A stretch of 18,149 bases of DNA from Polyangiales bacterium (GTDB lineage: Bacteria > Myxococcota_A > Polyangia > Polyangiales > Polyangiaceae). The notes under the pieces were generated by a model. That model had not been told where the DNA came from, ran no database searches, and worked only from the letters and a program-made list of their open reading frames with translations. Shown here one piece after another: positions 11,486 through 18,149 of the stretch. The position numbers were made by a program, and so were the translations under genes. The stretch spans positions 1 to 18,149 of the forward strand of contig JBBRNJ010000122.1 in the NCBI GenBank assembly GCA_038230375.1, read 5' to 3'. Position 1 is the first letter of the stretch. Every line of letters begins with the position of its first letter.

Positions 11486-12353
11486 CGGACGTGGACGATA
11501 TGATCGTCGCGTCCTGTTTCGGAGAGGTTTCGCCGCGTCGACCGAAAGGATCGTCGCCGAGCTCGTGCGCGACCGCCCGCATGAAGGGCGCGAGCGCGTG
11601 GGTCACGGCGTCGGCGCGGGTAGCGGCCACACGAACGACCGCGCGGCCGCCGTCGAGGACGTGCGCGCTCGCGACTACTTCGCGCGAAACGGGGGCCAGC
11701 ACGTCGGGTGAAGCGGACGCGACGCCAGCCCCCATCGCCGGCCCGAGGTCCGCGCGCGGGCCCATCGCGAAGACGGTGGCGAACGCGCGCATTGCGCCGA
11801 AGCGAGGCATGAGCGCGCGCTCGAGCCGCACGCCGTCGATGAACGCCGGAACGCCGCCGCGCGAGACCCGGGTCCGCATCGAGAGCGACTCGAACGAGAA
11901 CGGCGGCTCGTGCGCAGGACGGCCCGCAGTGAACGAGTCGAGGACGATGACGCTGCCGCCCTCCTCGACTTCGATAAGTGTATCCTGCATGTGAGCGGCG
12001 CCTCGGAAGCACGCGAGTGGGTCGGGCCAGACCACCAGGAGGGCGCCAGCACGGACGCGCGCCTCGAGCCGCGTCGCGGACGCGCCGCGAAAGGCTTTCT
12101 GGGACGACTGGGAGCCAAGGAAGAGCGCGGCGTCGCGCTCGACATCGACCGACAACGCGATGTGGTCGCCAGCGACGAGCCCGCCGCCAAACGTCGCGAC
12201 GATCGCCCACGCCGCGGTCCCGTGGTTTCGCGGCTTCAGGATCTTGAGCGGGCTCTCTGTGCGGCACACAGAGAACACCGACGCGCCGCGCGCAGTCCGA
12301 ACCACCGTGAGCTCTCCGCTGCCACCGGGCCGGGCCTCATCATCCGCACGCAT
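11466..12353 (-). CDS. ureD: Urease accessory protein UreD/UreH
   Basis: [37 protein letters not shown]; first gene of the ure cluster. Start uncertain (12353 ATG or 12371 GTG). Confidence 0.88.
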   Translation of the reverse strand: MRADDEARPGGSGELTVVRTARGASVFSVCRTESPLKILKPRNHGTAAWAIVATFGGGLVAGDHIALSVDVERDAALFLGSQSSQKAFRGASATRLEARVRAGALLVVWPDPLACFRGAAHMQDTLIEVEEGGSVIVLDSFTAGRPAHEPPFSFESLSMRTRVSRGGVPAFIDGVRLERALMPRFGAMRAFATVFAMGPRADLGPAMGAGVASASPDVLAPVSREVVASAHVLDGGRAVVRVAATRADAVTHALAPFMRAVAHELGDDPFGRRGETSPKQDATIISSTSDEALAT

Positions 12354-12389
12354 CGCGCCCCAGCCTACCACCCCAGCACCAATCCGGTT

Positions 12390-12417
12390 AGTTTACATAA
12401 TGCATCTTATGCGAAAT
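12390..12417 (-). other. dif: dif site (XerC/XerD chromosome dimer resolution site)
   Basis: Minus strand ATTTCGCATAA-GATGCA-TTATGTAAACT: 11-6-11 architecture with inner CATAA/TTATG inverted repeat. Compare E. coli dif GGTGCGCATAA-TGTATA-TTATGTTAAAT. It is intergenic and AT-rich in a high-GC background. Confidence 0.88.
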
Positions 12418-12461
12418 TCGCAACCACGAATGAGGCGAGGATTTCCAGGTTCCCCGTTCAG

Positions 12462-12503
12462 GTCGTGGTCGAAGTCGAAGTCGTGGTCGAAGTCGTGGTC
12501 GTC
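12462..12503. repeat. Tandem hexamer tract (GTCGNN) x7
   Basis: GTCGTG GTCGAA GTCGAA GTCGTG GTCGAA GTCGTG GTCGTC; same family as 1043-1174. Confidence 0.85.
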
Positions 12504-12552
12504 TTCTGGGCCGAACCCAGTCCCAGCCACTAGCGTCGGTGACCCACCCCTC

Positions 12553-13230
12553 ATGATCCGAACGCCGCTCCTCCTGGTCGCCGCCTTGCTCGTCACCTCC
12601 ATCGCGGCCGCGGCGGCTCGGCCTCCTCGGGTTCGTGTCGCGGGCAGTGTGTCGTCCGGTCAGGCCGTCGAGATCGTCGACCAGCACGGGTCGCGCACCG
12701 CGTTGCGGCTGCCCGCGTGGTCCAGTGTCGAGGACGTGGTGGTCTCACCCAGCCATCGCCACGCGCTCGTCTACGCGTTCCTGCGCCCGCACGAGCCTCG
12801 CACGGCGTTCGTGCTCGACCTGGAGAGCGCCACGGTGGCCGGCTCGTTCCGCCCTGGCGTCGGTGGCACGTTCACGTTCTCCGCCACGGACACCGTCATC
12901 CAGGTGGCGGGCTGCGGCACCGAGTGCGTCACCATGCAGCTGCACGACGCGCATGGTCGCAAGCTCGGCGCCTTCGTCTGCGATGGCTTCGACGACGACA
13001 GCGAGATCTCCCCCGACCGCCGCTTCGTCGCCTGCGTTCGCCGGGACCACGTGTTCGTGCTGGACGCGACCACCGGACACGAGGTCGGGTCTCACGCGGT
13101 CCCTTGCCGCGCCCTGGCCAGGCCCACGGTCGCGTTCCACGGCTCGGTCGTCCGAATTTCATCTGCGTGCGAAGGACGCGAGCACGACGTCATCTCGGAG
13201 GCGCCGCTGCCCCCTGCTCCACTTCGATAA
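12553..13230 (+). CDS. Hypothetical secreted beta-strand-rich protein (partial beta-propeller-like)
   Basis: Signal peptide MIRTPLLLVAALLVTSIAAAA; VSPSHRHALV, ISPDRRFVA and VLDATTG blade-like motifs; GC-rich third codon positions. Confidence 0.7.
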   Translation: MIRTPLLLVAALLVTSIAAAAARPPRVRVAGSVSSGQAVEIVDQHGSRTALRLPAWSSVEDVVVSPSHRHALVYAFLRPHEPRTAFVLDLESATVAGSFRPGVGGTFTFSATDTVIQVAGCGTECVTMQLHDAHGRKLGAFVCDGFDDDSEISPDRRFVACVRRDHVFVLDATTGHEVGSHAVPCRALARPTVAFHGSVVRISSACEGREHDVISEAPLPPAPLR

Positions 13231-13267
13231 GTTGAAGGTGAGACACGGGTCCGCGTATTCTGCACGC

Positions 13268-13735
13268 ATGACCGTGCGTTCGATGTTCGTCACTTCGATT
13301 GTGCTGGCTGCCGTGTGCGGTGTGGGGTGCCAGCATAGAGCCGATGCGACGGAGGGCACGGATCCGGGCTGCTCGAAGGATGCAGACTGCAAAGGTGATC
13401 GCATCTGCACCCACCACGAGTGCGGACCGCCATCGATCACGGACACGCCAGCGTGCCCACCATGCACGGCCTGCCCCGATTGCCCGACGACGACGGTGAC
13501 CAGCGCGGCCCCCTCCGCGAGCAACGGCCCGAAAGGCGCCGTCACGGATGCCGAGAAGGCCCGGGCGCTGCTCCTCGAGAACCCGCAGCAGGCGAAATTC
13601 ATCCTCTACAACCGGCTCACCGGAAAGGCTGGAACGCGCGAGGAGTACCAGGTCTTGCGCGAGGCCTGCAGGGCACCCGCCAGCTACGACAAGGCGTGCA
13701 TCGAGCAATGCTCGAAGCATCTCGCCACGCAATGA
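13268..13735 (+). CDS. Hypothetical Cys-rich lipoprotein
   Basis: Lipobox-like ..CGVGC; CSKDADCKGDRICTHHEC module; CPPCTACPDCP linker; C-terminal helical domain shared with the next gene. Confidence 0.75.
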   Translation: MTVRSMFVTSIVLAAVCGVGCQHRADATEGTDPGCSKDADCKGDRICTHHECGPPSITDTPACPPCTACPDCPTTTVTSAAPSASNGPKGAVTDAEKARALLLENPQQAKFILYNRLTGKAGTREEYQVLREACRAPASYDKACIEQCSKHLATQ

Positions 13736-14055
13736 GGTGGGGCTATTCTCACAGCGTGGCTGCTACTCGCGTCGACGTTGGGCTGACTGTGACGACGCTC
13801 CTCATGCTGGCGCTGGGCCTCAGCTGCTGCGAGGAGAAGCCCGCCGCGAGCCCCGCCCCGCCGGCGACGGATGCAGAGCGCGCACGAACCTTGATCATCG
13901 ATGGTGATCCAGCTCAGGCGAAGTTCGTCCTCTACAACCGCATCACTGGAACGGAAGGGACGAAGGAGGAGTATCGCCTGCTCCTCGAGGCCTGCAACAC
14001 GACGAACGACGCAGCCTGTGCTGAGGAGTGCCGGAAACACCTCGCTCTGCCCTGA
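13732..14055 (+). CDS. Hypothetical small lipoprotein, paralogue of the C-terminal domain of the preceding gene
   Basis: ATGA overlap with the upstream stop; hydrophobic stretch ending LGLSCC; domain TDAERAR..QAKFVLYNRITG..GTKEEY..LEAC..C...C.KHLA. The true start may be further downstream. Confidence 0.72.
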   Translation: MRWGYSHSVAATRVDVGLTVTTLLMLALGLSCCEEKPAASPAPPATDAERARTLIIDGDPAQAKFVLYNRITGTEGTKEEYRLLLEACNTTNDAACAEECRKHLALP

Positions 14056-14095
14056 AGACTGGCGCGCGGGCCGTTCGGGTCGCACAATCCACTTC

Positions 14096-14839
14096 ATGAA
14101 GTCCTTCGGGGGTCAGGTCAAGCGCGCGCTCGTTCCAGTGGCGGTCGCGCTCTCACTCGTCACAGGCGCGCGCGTCGCCCATGCTGCCGCGCCGTCGCCG
14201 GATCTGATCCGGAAGCTCGCCGCGCATGCCGCCGGCTTCGAGAAGATGAAGAAGCACGCGAGCTACGCGGTGGACGGCAAGCTGGAGGGGCTCTCTCGCG
14301 ACGCCTCCAAGACCGAGTCGCTGAAGGAGATGCAAGCCCGCGTCGTCGCGGACGGCACGAAGGTGAAGTTCGACATCGTCCGCTACGCGGAGGACGGCGC
14401 GGACAAGACCGAGGAAGCCAAGAAGAAGCAGCGCGAGCGCGAGGCCGAACGCGCCAAGAAGAACGAGCCGAAGAAGGACTTCCACATGCCCTTCCTCGAC
14501 ACCGAGCAGGCCCGCTACAACTTCGATCAGACCGAGACCGATCCGAGCGATCCCAATCGGGTGAAGATCACATTCGTCCCGAAGGAGCGCGCGGAGACCA
14601 CGATCGAAGGCTCTGCGTGGGTGGACGCAACGCTCGGCACCGTGCTGTCAGCGGGCTTCAAGATGAGCAAGACGCCGACGTTCGTCGATTATGTGCATAT
14701 TACAGTCGAATTCGGCGCACCCACGGCGCTGGGCCCCGCGGTCTCACGCATCCACCTCGACGGCAAAGGCGGCATCCTCTTCTGGGCAAAGCTGTTCCGC
14801 CTGGACGCGAACATCACCAACTACGCGATCGTGCCGTAG
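14096..14839 (+). CDS. Hypothetical secreted protein
   Basis: Signal peptide ending VAHA-AA; strong GC3 codon bias; ITFVPKE..IEGSAWVD motif reminiscent of LolA/MucB-like open beta folds (inference). Confidence 0.8.
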   Translation: MKSFGGQVKRALVPVAVALSLVTGARVAHAAAPSPDLIRKLAAHAAGFEKMKKHASYAVDGKLEGLSRDASKTESLKEMQARVVADGTKVKFDIVRYAEDGADKTEEAKKKQREREAERAKKNEPKKDFHMPFLDTEQARYNFDQTETDPSDPNRVKITFVPKERAETTIEGSAWVDATLGTVLSAGFKMSKTPTFVDYVHITVEFGAPTALGPAVSRIHLDGKGGILFWAKLFRLDANITNYAIVP

Positions 14840-14862
14840 GAGTCGGGCGGGCCGCTTGCAGG

Positions 14863-16146
14863 TCAGCGCCGGACTGGTGCGTCGATGTCGAAGCCGAAGA
14901 AGTTTCCGCTGTTCGAGAGCGCGTACACGTGGCGGCCGTACGCGACAGGTGCCTGCGAGAAGCCCGAGCCCGTCTCGACGCCGTCGATGACCTTGCCGTC
15001 GAGGGGTGAGAGCAGGAACAGACCGTAGCGCGACGTGCCCACGGCGATGGCGCCGCCGACGATGGCTGGGCTGGTGACGCCGCCCTCGGGCACCTTGTTG
15101 CGGAAGAGCGCGCGCCCGCTCGCGGGGTCAATGCCCCAGAGGCCGGTGGTGGCGCTCGATGCGATGAGCACCTTTCGCTCTGGCCGCTTGGGGTAGCCCA
15201 TCTTCGGGCTGCCGGTCTCCTTGTGCTCGCCGTGCACCGGCTCCGTGAACAGGAGCAGGTCGGTCACGCCAAGGGCCTTCTCGCTCGACCACACGCGCGA
15301 GCCGGTCTGCGCATCCAGCGCTACGACGCCGCCCGAATAACTTGCAACATACAACAATTTGCCGTTCGGCGTTTCGTCGATGACGGGCGTGGTGTCCACG
15401 TCCAGGTAGCGCACGGTCTCGCCGGCGGAGGCCTGCTCGGCGTCGGCGGAGAGGTCGACCGGGGGCCAGCGCTCGGCGCCGTCCTTCACGGCGAAGGCGC
15501 CCACGTGACCATCGGAGAACGCCATGTACACAGTCTCGCCCGAGACGGCGGGACCCGCGTGACCGGACACCTCCATGCCGAGCGCGGGCGTGCGGTGCAC
15601 CTTCCAGCGCTCCTTGCCGGTGCGGCGATCCACGGCGAAGAGGAAGTCCGCAGCGTTTGCGAAGAAGAGCGTCTCGCCTGCGAGCGCGGGGCGCTTCGAT
15701 ACCTCGGCGGCCGCATCGTAGCGGTACAGCAGATGGCCGTCCTCTGCGGAGATCGCGTAGAGCGCGCCGTCGTGGGAGCCGAAGTAGAGGGACTCCGTCT
15801 CGGGGTCGTAGAGCGGCTCGCTCTGGACTGCGTTCAGGGTCTCGAACCGGAAGAGCGTGGAGCCGTCCGTTGCGCGGAGCGCGTACAGGCCGTGGTCCGA
15901 GGAGCCGACGAACACGCGGCCGTGCTTGATGTCGAGCTCGGCGCGTCCGCGCTCGTACTCCTCACCCTCCTTGCGGGTGGACGCTGTGAGCGCGCGGCGG
16001 AACGAGATCGCGAGCGCGCCGTTCGGCCGGTGAAACCACGTGGGCGCCTCCGGGTTCACGTGGTCGCCGGAGTCGAGGGTGGCGCATCCGACGAGAGCAA
16101 CGAGGAGGCCAACGCCTCCGCAGCGAGCTAGAACGTCCCGGTTCAC
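14863..16146 (-). CDS. bamB: PQQ-like beta-propeller lipoprotein, BamB-like
   Basis: Lipobox LVGC; repeated blades LYALRATDG, LYAISAEDG, FAVDRRTGKERW, VALDAQTGSRVW; coupled (GTGA) downstream of a YfgM-like gene, as in the conserved yfgM-bamB order. Confidence 0.78.
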   Translation of the reverse strand: MNRDVLARCGGVGLLVALVGCATLDSGDHVNPEAPTWFHRPNGALAISFRRALTASTRKEGEEYERGRAELDIKHGRVFVGSSDHGLYALRATDGSTLFRFETLNAVQSEPLYDPETESLYFGSHDGALYAISAEDGHLLYRYDAAAEVSKRPALAGETLFFANAADFLFAVDRRTGKERWKVHRTPALGMEVSGHAGPAVSGETVYMAFSDGHVGAFAVKDGAERWPPVDLSADAEQASAGETVRYLDVDTTPVIDETPNGKLLYVASYSGGVVALDAQTGSRVWSSEKALGVTDLLLFTEPVHGEHKETGSPKMGYPKRPERKVLIASSATTGLWGIDPASGRALFRNKVPEGGVTSPAIVGGAIAVGTSRYGLFLLSPLDGKVIDGVETGSGFSQAPVAYGRHVYALSNSGNFFGFDIDAPVRR

Positions 16147-17438
16147 GGATGAGGGGCTCCGCCGCCGTGCTCGTCTCCGCCGCCGTGCTCCTGCTGCTTC
16201 TTGAGCCGCTCGATGAGCTGCTTCAGCTGCGCCTCGTTCATCTGCGGCCCCGCGGGACTCTGCATGTTGCCCGTGGGCTTCGGCGGAACGGCCGTGGGAT
16301 CGAGCGCGCGGAGGCGGTCCGTCGCGACCTCTTCCAGGTACGGGAACGGGTGGTTCTCGCCCGGCTTGGACACGCGCTCGCGCACGGAGACGAGGAGGCT
16401 CTTCGCAGCGTCCTTGTCACCCTTCTGCTGGAGGCAGCGCGCCTGGTGGTACATGGCGAGCTCCTTGAAGCCCTTCACGTCCGCGCTGATCTCCATCTCC
16501 TTGTAGACCTTGATCGCCTCGTCGAGGTTCTTCGGTGCGTCCGCCGGGGTCATGGTGGCCTTGAGCTCGTAGGCGAAGCCAAGACCTTCCATCGCGCGGC
16601 CGCGGACCTCTGCGTCCGCCACGGCGAGCGGCGAGCTCTTCACATCCGTGAATGCTGCGGCGGCCCCGTCGGGGTCGCGCTTGTCGAGGAGAATAGATCC
16701 CTCCGAGAGCCGTGCCAGGATGGCCGCGCCCGTCTTCGGGTACTTGCTCTCCACTTCCTTGTAGGACTTGAGGGCGGCCTCGCGTCGCTCGTCAGCGGTC
16801 TTGAAGAGTGGGCGCGGAGTGCGGCGCTCCTCGTCTTCCTTCGGCGGCTCGCCGACCTGCCCGCGCTCGTCCGAGACGCCCTGCGCGAGCGCGACGGAGG
16901 CCTCGAGCTCCTTCGTGTGATCCATGTAGTTCATGCCGGCCGCGCCCAGCAGCAGCGCGACGATGGCGAGCCCAGCGATGGCGACCGTCTTCTGGTTTTC
17001 CTTCGCCCACTGTCCGACCTTCTGGGTGCGGACCATGAGCGGGTCTGCAACGTCCACCGCCGTTGCAACGGGGCGCTTGGGCTCGGCGCGCTTGCCGATC
17101 TCGGAGAGACGCTTCGAGGCGGCCTTGTCGAGCCCGCCCTTCTTGCCCTTCTTGGACTTCGCCTTGCGCTCGAGGAGCTTCTTCTCTTCGGCCCGCGCGA
17201 TGCGGTCGCTCTCGTCCTCGACCCCGCCGAGCGCGTCGAGCCGCTTTGCGATCGCCTCTGGTGATGCTGCATCACCTTCTGCATCGCCTTCCGGATCGCC
17301 TTCCGCTTCGTCGTCGGCCTTTTCGGCGGGAGGCTCGGCGGTGCCGGACGCGCTGGACGCGAGGCCCGGCTTCGCAGCCTCGTCCGTGACAGGCGCGTCC
17401 TTCTTCTCAGCTTGGTTCTCGTCTTGACTATCGGACAC
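16143..17438 (-). CDS. Membrane-anchored TPR protein, YfgM-like
   Basis: WAKENQK followed by one TM helix, then TPR-like helices (YPKTGAAILARL, AMEGLGFAYE, AMYHQARCL); GTG 17438 preceded by SD AGGAG. Confidence 0.8.
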   Translation of the reverse strand: MSDSQDENQAEKKDAPVTDEAAKPGLASSASGTAEPPAEKADDEAEGDPEGDAEGDAASPEAIAKRLDALGGVEDESDRIARAEEKKLLERKAKSKKGKKGGLDKAASKRLSEIGKRAEPKRPVATAVDVADPLMVRTQKVGQWAKENQKTVAIAGLAIVALLLGAAGMNYMDHTKELEASVALAQGVSDERGQVGEPPKEDEERRTPRPLFKTADERREAALKSYKEVESKYPKTGAAILARLSEGSILLDKRDPDGAAAAFTDVKSSPLAVADAEVRGRAMEGLGFAYELKATMTPADAPKNLDEAIKVYKEMEISADVKGFKELAMYHQARCLQQKGDKDAAKSLLVSVRERVSKPGENHPFPYLEEVATDRLRALDPTAVPPKPTGNMQSPAGPQMNEAQLKQLIERLKKQQEHGGGDEHGGGAPHP

Positions 17439-17477
17439 GGGATGGCTCCTTGGGCGAGCGGACCCTACCATAGAATT

Positions 17478-18149
17478 TCAGGGATCCGGGTCGTTTTGGG
17501 GCCCCGCATCCCATGCGTCCGGCGGCGGCAATGGGACGTCGTCGGACAGCGGCACCAGCCACGCGCCACGGACCTTCGTGCCGCTGATGTCCAGGCGATG
17601 CACGCCGGCCGTGCCGGGCGGGAGCTCCACGGTCCACACGCCGGCGCCGCGCTCGCTGAGCATCACGGTGGTTCCATCGAAGCGCGCCGACGGTGCTGGC
17701 ATGTCGCCGGCGGTGAGCACGAGGAGACGAAGCTGGGTGGCGGGCGCCGGCGTGACGTCACCAGAGAGAGCGCTCGCGCCGTCGTCTCTCCAGAGTGCGC
17801 CGCGCTGCGGGGAGAGGAGGTGCGCCGTGCCCGCGATCTCGAGTGCGGCGGTGAGCGGCTCGGGCACTCCCGCAAACCTCTGCAGTGCGACGTAAAGCTC
17901 CGCTCCGCCATCGAGCCCGACCAGCGCGCGCGCCTCTGCCTCGCGCGCAGCCGGATATCGCTCCACCGCGAGCGCGGCGAGCAATGGCGTGCGTGCGTCG
18001 CGGCTCCCGATCTCGCCGAGCGTGCGCGCCACGAACGGACGGAGCCGAACGTCCGACAGCGCGGCCACCAGCACGGGTACCGCGGTCTTCGCGCGGATCT
18101 GCCCGAGCGCCGCAAGGACCTGCTTCTCCATCTCGAACTCCGCGCGCGA
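17478..18149 (-). CDS. HEAT-repeat protein, 3' part (start outside window)
   Basis: LAALGQIRAKTAVPVLVAALSD..VARTLGEIGSRDARTPLLAAL are PBS-lyase/HEAT-like repeats; the frame is open to the window end. Confidence 0.75.
   Translation of the reverse strand, partial: SRAEFEMEKQVLAALGQIRAKTAVPVLVAALSDVRLRPFVARTLGEIGSRDARTPLLAALAVERYPAAREAEARALVGLDGGAELYVALQRFAGVPEPLTAALEIAGTAHLLSPQRGALWRDDGASALSGDVTPAPATQLRLLVLTAGDMPAPSARFDGTTVMLSERGAGVWTVELPPGTAGVHRLDISGTKVRGAWLVPLSDDVPLPPPDAWDAGPQNDPDP

Noticed and set aside
12396..12411. CATAA-N6-TTATG as a nitrogen-regulator (Nac/LysR-type) operator for urease
   Set aside because: The spacing does not fit ATA-N9-TAT, and the full 28 bp is better explained as dif.
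12390..14839. Xer-integrated phage or island (IMEX) at dif
   Set aside because: No second complete dif-like site and no replication, integrase or phage genes in the window.

Overview
High-GC (roughly 68-70% by eye) bacterial chromosome segment. Gene content, Cys-rich lipoproteins and GTCGNN tracts suggest Myxococcota, possibly Polyangiales (inference). Left to right: 3' part of groEL with an in-frame duplicated segment (probably a chimera of two paralogues), a hexamer tract, a polysaccharide deacetylase, a VOC protein, a Crp-family/class II phosphodiesterase pair, a HelD-like ATPase coupled to gpsA, a eukaryote-like urease operon (ureD-ureAB-ureC-ureF-ureG, no ureE), four small exported proteins, yfgM-bamB and the end of a HEAT-repeat gene. 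Two signals are not explained by the genes. (1) A 28-bp XerCD dif site at 12390-12417 suggests this is the replication terminus. (2) An 11-bp palindromic motif, TGYA-N3-TRCA, occurs 8 times against about 0.3 expected. All copies lie inside coding sequences, use rare A/T-ending codons and are densest around dif. This is a candidate terminus-marking DNA element, analogous to matS, that I do not recognise.
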